Origin: Octopus sinensis | Taxonomy: Eukaryota | Assembly: GCF_006345805.1 (NCBI RefSeq) | Contig: NC_042998.1 | Coordinates: 59,148,001-59,212,000 of the forward strand | Direction: 5' to 3' | DNA length: 64,000 nt | Part shown: positions 36,341 through 49,049 of the stretch, in pieces | How the letters are laid out: every line of letters begins with the position of its first letter | How positions within the stretch are numbered: position 1 is the first letter of the stretch | Program-made: the position numbers and the translations under genes | The notes under the pieces: generated by a model | What the model saw: only the letters and a program-made list of their open reading frames with translations | Database searches by the model: none | Told to the model about the DNA's origin: nothing

Positions 36341-36544
36341 TATAAAATATTATTTGAGACAAAACCACTATTTTGCAAAACAAACAAGGAAAGACTTAAT
36401 CAATACATAAAATTTAATAAAATTTAATAAATAGTCAAAGAAACCGCCACAAAACTTTGACTATTTATTAAATTTTATGTATGATTAAGTCTTTCCTTGT
36501 TTGTTTTGCAAAATAGTGGTTTTGTCTCAAATAATATTTTATAT
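36341..36544. repeat. ~90-100 bp-arm palindrome, 14 bp spacer, in a (TA)n-bounded insert (36257-36544)
   Basis: Left arm 36341-36440, spacer aaaccgccacaaaa, right arm 36455-36544. The arms differ mainly by a short tandem indel. Confidence 0.9.
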
Positions 36545-37370
36545 ATATATATATATAATATGTGCATTATGTGGTCGGTTGGTTGAGCTGAAAATATGCA
36601 GACCTATGTTAAAAGTGCTGGCAAGTTTGCATGACAACTATTTTCTTTCCTCAAATGAAACGCGTGACCTCTAGGACAAAATTCCTCATCTTATAAAATG
36701 TGGCCCCAGTACACCTGAATGAAATCGGGTTATATTAACCAAAATGTGAAAAGGGGTCTAAATGGGGCTGGAAGGGGATTAAAATTTAAAGGAGCGGGTG
36801 TTTAGGAATTCTCTGTTACATCAAGCTAAAAAATTTGCGCCAGCCTTTTAATCGTCAATGTGTTGCCGTCCATGATGAAGTTTTGAATGCTTGCCATGGT
36901 GAGTCTACTGTCGTGAGAAAGAATCACTTCAAAACTTAGTGTTTAGGGATTTTCTTTTACATCAAGTTCAAAATTTTACGCCAGCCGTTAAACTGTCAAA
37001 ACGTTGCTGTCCGTCGTTAAGAAATGCCAGCCATGGTGACTCTACTATCCTCAGATTCTATCCCTTCAAACTTTGGTTTCCAATATTTTATTATTTTTAT
37101 TCAGCTCGCAAGATGGTCTGTCCCTTTAAATGTTTGTGTTTTGCTGTCTGCCTTGAAGCAGACATTTCCGTTGTTACTGCCTGATATTTATGATTGATCT
37201 TTCTAAATATTTTATTTCTCAACTTACTCAAGATCTTTTGTTGTTTATAAATGGGAGATAGATAGATAAAGATAGAGAGTAAGAGAAAGCGAGAGAGAGT
37301 CCGACAGAAGGGAAGAGTAAGAGAGTGGGGAAAGTGAGAGAGAAAGGAGAGAGAAACAAAGAGGGAGAAT

Positions 37371-37690
37371 CATCATCATCATCATCATCATCGTCGTTTA
37401 ACGTCCGTTTTCCGTGCTAGCACGGGTTGGACAGTTTCACCGAGATCTGGGAAGCCAGGAGGCTGCACCAGGCTCCAGTCTTATCTGGCAGTGTTTCTAC
37501 AGGTGGATGCCCTACCTAACGCCAACCACTCTGTGAGCCTTGTGGGTGCTTTTTTCGTGCCGCCGGCACAGGTGCCAGGGGGCCTGGCATCGGCCACGAT
37601 CGGTTGGTGCTTTTTACGTGCCACCGGCACAGAAGCCAGTCGAGGCGGCGCTGCAATCGGCCACGTTCGGATGGTGCCTTTTATGTGCTG
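37371..37690 (-). mobile_element. GC-rich retroposon 3' end with (GAT)n tail
   Basis: Minus strand ggttggcgttaggtagggcatccacctgtagaaac...tccaacccgtgctagcacggaaaacggacgttaaacgacgatgatg, with an internal ~60 bp unit repeated about three times. Confidence 0.65.
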
Positions 37691-37760
37691 AAAGGAAGCA
37701 ACAGAAAGTAACAACCACACTCTTACCCGCGCGTAGAGCGGATCACCTTCAGCTAGTATA

Positions 37761-37805
<45 letters not shown>

Positions 37806-39646
37806 AAGTGTATATTTCTGCACAAACGTATATTTTCCACCAGCACGAGAAATATTCCTGCCCGTGTAGTGAGCTGTGCCAAATCGTCAGCATCCAAACT
37901 TCTGCATTCAGTCATCTAATTCTGGGATTTTATTTGCTCCTATAGCTAGAAGCAATAAAATTACAGATGAAATTAGATCTAACATCACGATGCAGAAATA
38001 ACAGCACGATTTGTTATATAATCACTGGTAGATACACACGTTCCTACAGAACGATAACAACGTATATTTAAACTCTAAAGATACTTTCCGGTACATTTCT
38101 GGTACATGCTGATGCTACACATTACTTCTAAGCGGTGATTCGGTCGTTAGAAGTCAAATTTCCCTCAATTCCTATAAGGAAGCATTAGAACGAAAGTATG
38201 CATTTAAGAAGGTAGGTTTATACTATATTACAGAACGTTAACGAGCCTGCTAAAACAGGTTATACTTTAAGTCAAACAACGCCAATAAGAACTAGTCAAA
38301 CTTATATCTCGAAAGCCTTGAAATTTAAGGCCTTTAATCTTAGAAACTTTGATCTGAGTACTGATGCTTCTGTTCTCAGCGAACGTAGCGTTTCAATCTT
38401 TGCCCTTTACCACAATTAATGCCATCTTCCTTGAGAAAGCAACCGGTAAATCACCCTACTCATTAGTTTTCGAAAGTATTCAACCGATAATCCAATCATC
38501 TGAACATCAATTAAGCCAACCAACCTACCAGCAAAACCAACCAACTAACCAACAAAACCAGCCAACCAACCAGCTGACATCCCCAACCAGTAATCATATA
38601 TATAGTTATATTTCAATTTATGGAAGGAAAAGAAAGGCGTGGGGAAAATGCTTTCATTCTTGATGAAGAGAACGTTGACAGCGAAAACTGTTATGCAAAA
38701 ATGTCTATATTGTTTTATGAAATAATCATTACAGCATGAGTCAAATAAAATGTTGGTCAGAAAATGCCGTAGTAATTTATCAGACATGAAATCAGTTGTA
38801 TCATAATTAACATCGATCTATTAAACAAAGCAAGTTCAAGTAATTAAACTTCCTACTTGCTTTATTAGCCCCCCACTACTCACAGACGAATAGCTGCTTC
38901 TCGACTAACTTCGCAATTAAATTCTATGCACACTAAATTTCCAATTTCTTGCGTTTCACATATAAAATTGCGGCATTCTTTCTACTGGTTCGATGGGTAT
39001 GACATTGTTGATAGTGTATTGCGTGAAAACCCGTTGGTTTGAAATGAAGAAAGGTCGACATCAAGCAAGCGTATGATTAAAGATTTTCTAGTCTCACCAT
39101 GTAATTGCCTTTTAGCATCGTATGTCTAGGGCCACATCAATCAACGTGTCCTTCCCTTTTGAAAACATTAAGGTATTAGCTAACGTAAATTTGGGTTGTA
39201 TTTCTTGTAGACTGAGCAACCTCATAGAAGGATTCTTGTTGCTTCATACTGAAAAACATCAACAGCGGTAACGATGTTTCAGCATCTCCCGTTCCAGCCG
39301 TGGCTAAAACAAATAATAAAATATTAATATAAACATTGGATAAAAGAAAGTACTACAGTATGACTATGGCTATAGCCATTAGAATGAAGGCGAAATACAA
39401 AAAATAAAACTATTGTCAACGCTTCAGCAAATTTTTAACCCAAAAAGATTAAGAGGAATATAAGGCTATAAACTAAACAGCTAAAATCCAAGTAAATAAT
39501 CTTAGCACGAAAAAAATAACCCGCCATTGAAAGAGTTAAATTTCTCTTTATACTATTTTCAAGTGAAATGTTATAGTATCTCGTTTCATATTAAAGTACA
39601 TTACCGCTCAAGAACATATATATATATATACGCAATATTTTCCTCT

Positions 39647-39787
39647 AAAATTCCGCCGAGGTCGTCTTTGCCTTTCATCCTTTCGGTGTCGATAAATTAA
39701 GTACCAATTGCGCACTTGGGTCGATATAATCGACTGGCGCTCCTCTCCCGAAATTTCGGGCCTTGTGCCAAGAGTAGAAAAGAATAT
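39647..39787 (+). mobile_element. Tail-A tRNA-SINE, 5'-truncated
   Basis: aaattccgccgaggtcgtctttgcctttcatcctttcggtgtcgataaattaagtacc...cccgaaatttcgggccttgtgccaagagtagaaaagaata. Confidence 0.85.
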
Positions 39788-40561
39788 TTTCCTCAAAACT
39801 CCGCGTTATAATTGAGATGGTGATATATGCACATTAATCTTACCAAAATACTTATACTGGATTTTCTATAACTCTTTTTTTAGGGAGCTAAAGAAATTTA
39901 CACACACACACACACACACACAAACATACACATATACACACAAATACACACTACACATCCACCCACACAAGCACGCACACACAAGAAATTTAAAATTGAA
40001 AACTTTGCGATATTTGTTCCGGTTCGTTATGTTCTGAGTTCAAATCCTACCATGGCTCTTCTTTAAGCAGTATATTTAATTTGTCGGCTGGTTTAACAAC
40101 CCTATCTTTAGTGGTGTACACTCTGTTACAAGCATTCTAGTCTCAGAGACCCTGTTAAGAGTGTTAGGTACGCTTTTCGTCTTTCGATAAAGGATAAAAC
40201 AATTAAAGGGAATTTGTGCCGGAAAACAAACCGAAAATTTAGAGTTTGAGAGAAAAAAACGACATACGCACACGTACATAAACACATAGATACATCATAC
40301 ATACATCCGTGTGTGCATGTGCACGCGCGTGTGTTTGTGTGAGCGTGTACTATAATTCGTTCTAGTCTAGCCTCCATAATTGAATGTTCTGTGCTTTTAT
40401 GCCGTCTGTATGTATAAATCAGAGTCAAATGATTCTTCTCGGGTTTACAGTGTTTTAAGAACGCTAGCAAGTTGTAATTCTGTGAGCTGCTTACCAAAAC
40501 AATACCCCTGCTTTCTTTTTTACAACATTTATTTTGCACAAAACAATGATGTATGTCTACA

Positions 40562-40635
<74 letters not shown>

Positions 40636-40636
40636 C

Positions 40637-40673
<37 letters not shown>

Positions 40674-40724
40674 CAGTTATCTATCTATCTAGTTATCTAG
40701 CTAGCTAGCTATTTGTATGTTTGT

Positions 40725-41360
40725 ATATAGATCTCAATTGATTCAGTGTCATCTCCGACAGAAAGATAGATGCAAATAAGCCAGACATTATATTGAAGAA
40801 TTTTAGACAAAAGTCATGCCTCCTCATCGATACGATTGTTCCAATCGACATAGAAATATAAATAGAAATTGGTAAAATGTGAAACTTCAAGGCAAAAGCA
40901 ATAGCTGTTGTCATAATAGGCGCCCTATGAATGATAGTAAAAGGGATTGATTGCTACCTATTTCAGATATAAGGAGATTCCAAAATGGAAGAAATTCAAA
41001 AAATATTGCCCATGGAAACTGTTCATATCTTACGAAAAATATTGTTTATGTGATTCCAAAAATATTTTAATCAGTAAACATCATCAAAAGTACTTTCAAA
41101 TGTAGATAACAGCAAACACCTAAAAGAAGAAACATATTATAGTCATCTTAAAGTCATCTTAATGTCACACTATTATGTTACAGTAAACTAACTTATAAAA
41201 CAAACTTCAAATTTCTTGTTTTAACTGACACTTTCTACAAATATTTCACCCTAGTCATATTGCTAATTGAACTTCTAACTTGTCTCATGGGGTCTCTGGG
41301 TGAGACTTCGAGTCAACTTGTACAAATAAAAAGTAAAAGCCAAACATATATTAGTATTAT
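40725..41360 (+). pseudogene. R4/Dong endonuclease C-terminus and probable 3' UTR, decayed
   Basis: DRKIDANKPDIILK...LLIDTIVPID...VVIIGAL...VHILRKIL, followed downstream by an (ATT)n tract. Confidence 0.75.
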
Positions 41361-41362
41361 TA

Positions 41363-41409
<47 letters not shown>

Positions 41410-41416
41410 ATATTTT

Positions 41417-41452
<36 letters not shown>

Positions 41453-41599
41453 GATGTAAACTCAGAATATTTTGCTGGAAATGATGGAAAATGTAAACTG
41501 TCCACAGCCAGTAGACTAAGGTGACACTTGTTTACGGATCATACTTCAAAAACCATGCGGCGAACTTGTATAGTGTTTGATCTTTGTAGGTATTCCATC

Positions 41600-41800
41600 T
41601 GGAGGAGCGTTGATTAGTGGGAAGAGCATTGCACTCATGCACGTAAGATTATGGTTTCGATTCCTAGATTAGGTGATGCACTGTGTTGTTGAGCAAGACG
41701 CTACATTTCACGTTGTTTTGGCTAGTTGCTCGGCCAAAATGTGTAACCTGCGATGGACAGTTCCATATATAAGCGGCAGAATCCGGGAAACCTGTCTTAT
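41600..41800 (+). mobile_element. Decayed tRNA-SINE
   Basis: tagtgggaagagcattgcactc...ggtttcgattcct...gtgttgttgagcaagacgctacatttcacgttg. Confidence 0.55.
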
Positions 41801-42196
41801 GAATCTATGGCTTAGGAAGAATTAGAAACTCATGTACTAAACCCACTCACTGTATTGCTGCTACTAACTCTAAACAGACAGGAATGGAATTTTTAGAAAC
41901 TGTTAATTAATTAACTGATAATGATCACTTTCTTATTAACTCTTATAGATTGGACAAAAGTTGCGCTCGAGCGGTTATGATAATCGATAATAGATTAATT
42001 GATGTGTGATAGAAATGAGTTTCTGGAACAGTAATCCGCACAACACTCTGACCAGAATTAAATCTCGTGCTATGAAGTTCCTTAGAATGTTGTACAAGAA
42101 ATTGTTCTGTCGCAAAGTGTAATTTTCGTATGTTTATTACTTTGCCCAGTTAAAAATACACGCACAGACAACTGTGTGGCATGCGTGCGTGCATGT

Positions 42197-42472
42197 GTAC
42201 GCGCATGTATGCATGCATGACACATGTATGTGTGCGCGTGCGTATGTGTGTGTGTGTATGTGTGCGTATGTGTGTAGCTTGTGAAAGCCTTCTAATCAAC
42301 TATCGTTAAGACTGAAACAAATATTGTACGCGCATGTATGCATGCATGACACATGTATGTGTGCGCGTGCGTATGTGTGTGTGTGTGTGTGTGTGTGCGT
42401 ATGTGTGTGTGCGTTTCTGTGTAGCTTGTGAAAGCCTTCTAATCAACCATCGTTAAGACTGAAACAAATATT
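42197..42472 (+). repeat. Tandem duplication with 129 bp and 147 bp units
   Basis: gtacgcgcatgtatgcatgcatgacac...agcttgtgaaagccttctaatcaac(t/c)atcgttaagactgaaacaaatatt occurs twice; units differ in (TG)n length. Confidence 0.92.
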
Positions 42473-42629
42473 GTATTAACATATGTCGATGTTACAACAC
42501 GATATGCAAATATAAATCTGCAATCATTACGATTTAATTAATAAATCTGCGTCCACTTAACGCCAAATAACGTTGCTATAAAGTTCAGCTGTTTTAGTTA
42601 TTTTTATCCAGTTTCAAGTCATCGCCAAC

Positions 42630-42667
<38 letters not shown>

Positions 42668-42982
42668 CACACACACACACTCTCTTTATCTATCTGTTTA
42701 TCTATCTCTTTCTGTCTCTGTAGTTTTCTCTCTTTCTGCATGTCTATCATTAACTAACTCTTCCTATTTTGTAATCTTTCGGAAAGAGAGAGAGAGTGTG
42801 TGTGACTCAGAAAGTGAGAGTTAGGTAGAGAAAGGAGTGAGAGCGAGATAGAGAGGGTGGAGAGAGGGAGATAAAGAGAGAGAGAGCAGCAGCAGGATAG
42901 GAATAATAAATAAGGACTGAAGATGTAAGAAAAGCAGAGTTTAATGTCGAACAAATGTTCTACCGTCTCATCAACTTCTTTC

Positions 42983-43343
42983 TCTATTCTTTTACTTTTT
43001 ACTTGTTTGAGTCATTTGACTGCAGCCGTGTTGGAGCACCACCTTTAGTCGAACAAATCGACCCCAGAAGCCTACTACTTATTCTATCGGATCTTTTTGC
43101 CGAACAGCATCGGTTGTCAAGCGATGGTGTGGGACGAACACATACATACACACACACACACATATATATATATATGACGGGCTTCTTTCAGTTTCCGTCT
43201 ACCAAATCCACTCAAGTCTTTGGTCGGACCGTGGCTATAGTAGAAGACAAAAACACTCGCCCAAGGTGCCACGCAGGGGGAATGAACCTGGAACTATGTG
43301 GTTGGGAATCCAGATTCTTACCACACAGCCACGCCTGCGCCTA
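42983..43343 (-). mobile_element. CORE-SINE with internal deletion
   Basis: Tail cagtcatttgactgcagccgtgttggagcacc, internal (CA)n(TA)n, and head cccaaggtgccacgcag...cttaccacacagccacgcctgcgccta. Confidence 0.85.
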
Positions 43344-44157
43344 TGTCTATCTGTGCCCATCTCTTTATCTGTTTCTCTTTCTCTACCCCACTGTAGTCCA
43401 CTGTTTCAGAATGAAAGTAAAAATCTGCAACTTTAATTATTTTTAAAAATCACAAACTGAATATTACTGAGTAATTTACAACGTAAAATTCTTAAAGATA
43501 TATGCGCATTTACAAATTATAAAATGTATATTCTTGTGTATAAATTGATTCCATCTTCATTTGAATACTATAAGAATTTTTTGTTCACAGTGTAATTACA
43601 ATTTCATTCGTAATATATTCAAACAGTAACCATTTTCATTTTCAGTTAGAGAAACTAGAAAACTAATAATTTGTTGGATATATTTTCCTTATTTTCAAAC
43701 CTAATGCAGCCATTACCATTCTTTATGCAATCTATAATATTATGTCTAACACGTATGATGGAATACTTTACTATGGAAGGAAATTAAAGAAATAATCTGT
43801 TAATACATACGACATTTATTTTATCGAGACAGCTCATTGGTAAGCTATGGAAAGTAATCGAAGATATAAATTATTTCTGTGTGAAAATTGAATAGGAAAT
43901 AAAACATTTAAAATTAAACAGGGTAGAAAGTTATTACTGGTATACTTTTCAAGAATCCATAGGTCAGTGGAACACTGCTATCACTTAGATTGTGGGTTCA
44001 GTTTCGGTTATATGAACTTTTCTCTGAAACGAAATAAGGTCGCGCAACAGCATATTACGACTTAAGTATTGCCAACGTAGTCGTATTTTGGCAGAACAAA
44101 TATTAGAAATAATGTTGGTGATTTCGTTCCATACTTTTGTCTCTTAAGCTCTTGCTG

Positions 44158-44545
44158 TGTGAAAAGTCTGGCTGCATCCGAAAAAATATATATTATGAAA
44201 TAAAAATAAACACAAAATTTATTACACGAATCTGTTACCACTACGACAGTCAACTATTTGACGCCAAACACGAGTTTGATGTTAAATACATCCACGAATT
44301 TTCCGCTCAAATAGCTCTTCCCAAGATTGCAAGACGGCTTCGTGCAATTCATGCCTCGTTGCCAGTCTATCTCTCTCACTAATTTGTTCACCTCACCTGC
44401 GAGCCTTCTAAAGTTGATAATGATTCTGCTAATTCCACGTGTAGACATGTATTCAATAGAACTCACTGAATAAATCTTAATTGACTGTGTTGTCAATTGT
44501 ATGCACCTGACATATGCTAACGTGTATGCAGCCAGACTTTTCACA
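44158..44545. mobile_element. Candidate MITE with perfect 20 bp inverted termini
   Basis: tgtgaaaagtctggctgcat (44158-44177) and atgcagccagacttttcaca (44526-44545). No clear target-site duplication. Confidence 0.45.
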
Positions 44546-44744
44546 AAGGGGATAGTTTATAATAAACGACATATAGTTACGTATGTACAGTATGCATTAT
44601 TCATTCCATACATTTTCAGTAATTTTAATAACGTAGTTACAATAGCAACACGAACAGAAGTGGGCCAGTATATTTCGTCTAGACGGCTGCATACAGAAAA
44701 TTCTTTTAGAAACCACGTTTCCTTTTTGACCTAAATTTTGTTTC

Positions 44745-44900
44745 TAATTTAGGTACAAGGCCTGCATTTTTGACGAAGTAGAGTCATTTATATTCTATCA
44801 AATCAATTCAAGTACTTGACTGGTACTTTATTTCATTGACCCGCAAAGGTAAAGTTGACCTCAGCAGGATTTGAACCGAGAAATTAAAGAGTCTGAAGAT
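44745..44900 (-). mobile_element. Decayed tail-A tRNA-SINE
   Basis: ggtacaaggcctgcattttt...actggtactttatttcattgaccc...aaagttgacctcagcaggatttgaac. Confidence 0.6.
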
Positions 44901-44937
44901 ATATTCTCATACATTTTTCTAACGTTTTGTGCCCACC

Positions 44938-44989
<52 letters not shown>

Positions 44990-45000
44990 ATATAGATATA

Positions 45001-45256
45001 ACATTATATAAAAGGGCTTAGTAAAATAAATTACTTTGCCGCATACTGAACTCATTAGAAATAGCAGCTAAAAAAACCTTTTTAAAACTATTTCTAATAC
45101 TTAAAGAAAACCTCTCTCATATAGTCTCCCACTATATGAGAGAGGTTTTCTTTAAGTATTAGAAATAGTTTTAAAAAGGTTTTTTTTAGCTGCTATTTCT
45201 AATGAGTTCAGTATGCGGCAAAGTAATTTATTTTACTAAGCCCTTTTATATAATGT
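45001..45256. repeat. Near-perfect 125/126 bp-arm palindrome, 5 bp loop, in a (TA)n-bounded insert extending to about 45347
   Basis: Left arm 45001-45125, loop ctccc, right arm 45131-45256. The only difference I saw is A7 versus T8 in one run. Confidence 0.95.
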
Positions 45257-45426
45257 AATAATTTGAATTCGCCTTAAATGGTCCCTTTGCATACTGAATA
45301 CTTGGTGAAATTGATTAATTAATTAATTTTACCCTCAATTGTTGAAATATATATAGATATATATATCATGATAGATCACTAACCACTACGCATTCGTTAT
45401 TTTCTCTCCTTGTCTCTTTCTGCGTT

Positions 45427-45464
45427 CCTCTCTGTGGAAGAGCGTAGGCTCGAAACGTTAAAGA
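45427..45464 (+). ncRNA. Minimal hammerhead-like motif in PLE-like terminal fragment (about 45365-45552)
   Basis: CTGTGGA (A6 changed to U) a gagc gtag gctc GAAA cgt t aaaga. Perfect stem II and palindromic ACGT. Confidence 0.55.
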
Positions 45465-45558
45465 CTTTTTCACTTCCCGAGCGTTAAAATAATACATCTG
45501 TTTGTTTTCTACACTACCTGACTTCGTCTTTTGTTTTTGTGAATTCTCCCTATATGTA

Positions 45559-45646
<88 letters not shown>

Positions 45647-45647
<1 letters not shown>

Positions 45648-45966
45648 ATCAAAATAAACAACAAGGATATCCAGAGGTAATGCAGTACGATCATTTTATG
45701 CGACTCCATTTAATTGAAAAATGCAATCATTTCATTGCATCAATTTAAAATGTAAAGCAATCTTCATCTGCACAAAGTCAGAGAATCTAATTAAATTAGA
45801 AGGACATATTAGTATGATTTAATTAAATTCTATGTCTTTGTGCAGCTGAAGATTGCTGTACATTTTAAATTGATGCAATGAAATGATTGCATCGTTCAAT
45901 TAAATGGAGTCGCATGAAACGATCGTACTGCATTACCTCTGGATATTTTAGCTGCTTATTTTGATT
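45647..45966. repeat. ~150 bp-arm diverged palindrome, 20 bp spacer, in a (TA)n-bounded insert extending to about 46060
   Basis: Left arm 45647-45796 and right arm 45817-45966, e.g. gatatccagaggtaatgcagtacgatc / gatcgtactgcattacctctggatat. About 90% identical by eye. Confidence 0.9.
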
Positions 45967-46052
45967 TTAATCTCCTTATTTTGAAATTATATGGATAATA
46001 CTGTACTTAGTTCTGGTGCTTCAACTTAAGTACCATATTCATCTGAATCTAA

Positions 46053-46099
<47 letters not shown>

Positions 46100-46108
46100 T
46101 AAAAAAAA

Positions 46109-46164
<56 letters not shown>

Positions 46165-46475
46165 CAAGGTAATATTTATCATGACTTACATGTTGATGTT
46201 GTGTTGGCACACAGAATATGGCAATAGTTACTACGAAAAAGAAACCGTTCATCTGGCTCTGTGGTGCATATAAGCACGCTTCTTTACATTGCTAGCGGAA
46301 GACAAGGCCAAGGAAGGCCGAATGACGTGATCTGGTAGTGCTGGTAGTGGTGATTGTCTCCTGCTAGTGATATAAACAAGAGTGCATATATGAACCACCA
46401 AACAATATGAAAGGTTCTTACACAACGGCCACGTTTTATGCGATGTGAAACATTACCGATATTAATGCTTCTTCT

Positions 46476-46683
46476 AAGGCGCCGTGCTGGCAGAATCGTT
46501 AGCACGCCGGGAATAATGTTTAACAGCATTTCGTCCGTCTGATTTCAAATTCTGCTGAGGTCGACTTTGCCTGTCTTCCTTTCGGTGTCGATAAATTAAG
46601 TACCAGTTGAGCACTCAGATTGGTGTAATCGACTTAGACCCTACCCCCAAAATTTCAGACCTTGGGTCTATGGCAGAAATCAT
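46476..46683 (+). mobile_element. Tail-A tRNA-SINE, near full length
   Basis: aaggcgccgtgctggcagaatcgttagcacgccggg...gaggtcgactttgcc...cccaaaatttcagaccttgggtctatggcagaaa. Confidence 0.82.
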
Positions 46684-47759
46684 ATTGATACTGCTTCTAT
46701 CGCTCTAATTAACTTCTATTCATATGTCAATAATCGGTAGAAGTACAGAATGACTCAAGACCAGAGAATATCTTGTATTTGTATTTCTCAAACTAGCTAC
46801 TCATCATCGACATTAAATGCATATCCGGTCATTATGATAATTCTCTAGATTGATCAACATAAAGTTTAGAAGCAATTACAAAGCTACATGAACAATACAC
46901 ATTTTCCCCATAGTTTGGATTCTGTGACACTGTTAAGTGGTTAAACATTTATGCATTCAGCGCTTAGTATATTTGTCTTTATGAATGAACCGTGTGTGTG
47001 TAAGTGTATGTCAGAGCCTGTGTTCGCGTATATAGGCAATCATGTTCAACGACTGCTTATTTTGGAGATGGCACAGATTGTTACAGTTCTATGCTTGTCT
47101 TCGCTTCCATTCTAATATCACAAAGGGGTGAGTAATAAGGAATTTCTCTAACTAATTGCTATATTTTACAGACGTATATGGAAAGTATATAAATGCATGC
47201 ATTTACGCGTACACACACGTACCCTAAAAGAAACATGCAGATGTAGATTTACCACATCAATGCATGTTTACTACCCTACAGCACACTTGTATGCGTGGTC
47301 ACGCGCTCTAACTTATAACTTTCTGGGTCTGACTTAAGTAAGAGGTTTACTTATTCTAACGAATTTGAATAGAGTACCACAGAAAGGATCTAAAGTATCA
47401 AAGTGACAATAGGCTACTGAACTATATACCCAAATTATGGATTCCCCGCCTTTGATACTCTACTCTGTCTACCAAATACAGATCCTCCATTAATATTATG
47501 CGAAACGCCTGGCTTCTAAGTACTTAGTTCATAGGCATTCTCAATAACTTTAAAATATATGTTTATAACAGACTCAGTTTAATGAATAATATATCCCTCT
47601 TGTGAAAACCCTGTAAAATGAAACCCCCCAAAATATGCACTAAATGTTCTTCTAACGTTACAATCAAAATAATAGCATTCAAGTGTACGAGAGGCAAAGA
47701 AACACGTTTGAAGAAATATATTCTAAGGAATGATACTAATAGCGTTCTCCCGAAAACAG

Positions 47760-48110
47760 GCTACATATGATTAGTAAAGAGGCTGATAAAGCAAGCACGT
47801 GGTTCACCAGTGACAAGTTCCAAGGGGTAATGTTTATTGACGCGATACCTAAGGGAGGATTATCCCGTAGGTGTAGGGAAGCCTTTTGTTATGCTAAACG
47901 TAGAGTTAAACAAGTAGAGAAACCGGGAAAACTCCTTAGATTACAATTAGGTAGCATATACCCCTTTGATAAGACTAGATGCATCAATGAGGAATGAATT
48001 GTGTGTAGTATGACTCGTATAATCAACTGTAAAGCGAGGAACGTAGTTTATCAGTTAATATGATTGAAGAGTGAATGCAAAAACTCGACCACAGAATATA
48101 TAGTGGCAAC
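47760..48110 (+). pseudogene. Possible decayed PLE RT-to-GIY-YIG linker fragment
   Basis: VMFIDAIPKGGLS...RVKQVEKPGKLLRLQLGSIYPF...C...INCKARNVVYQL resembles the KVVE..G..L...L....PF...C...NVVY region of PLE proteins. Confidence 0.4.
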
Positions 48111-48643
48111 TATCAGAAACCTGGTTGAGAGAATGGAGGTGCTCTGGAGAGAATATACTAATAGAAAAGGGTCAGTATTCTCGGTGTGCACATGATAAAC
48201 ATGTCGGCATCTTGAATAATATTGGACATATACATCGTATTCACATATCCATATGAGACAAATTTACGACAGATATGTGAATCTACGCTAATAAGTGAAT
48301 GGAAAACAACACTTAATAACAATGCGAATAAAATGCAATAACCACACAACCAAGCACAACGGCTCTCCCAAAACTACAAGCTATGTAGAATCATTTACAA
48401 GTCCAATATGTGTGCATACGTGTGTAAAGCTGTTGCATACCATTATGCATAGACATTTTGACATTAGATCGACCGGCAAAACCCGGTGTTGATCCGACAT
48501 TGTAGCGGACACGGATCAACCTTAGTAAACTCACCAGAGGAATTAAAGAATTATAGGCATAAAGGTTAGTAAATATACACTCATTTGTGTGTTAGGTTAG
48601 TAAACATACACAAGTGTAAGAAACATAAATCTGTGTTTGTGAG

Positions 48644-48686
<43 letters not shown>

Positions 48687-48950
48687 CATGCACACTTACA
48701 CACAGAGGCTTACACACACACACACCTCACGTTCCCCAAATATTTTTATATAGAATCTATATCAGAACCTGTAAACGATATGGCAAACCGACCTGCATCT
48801 AGAGATGATATCGATGATAATAAAGATGATGATGATGATGATGAGGAGGAGGAGGAGGGGAGAAGGAGTTGGTGGTGGGGGACGAGGAGGAGGACCATGA
48901 TGATGATGATGATATTGCTGCTGCTGAAAATAGTGATAATAATAATAATG

Positions 48951-49016
<66 letters not shown>

Positions 49017-49049
49017 TAAAAGCTAATAAACTATAAAAACTATTAAACT

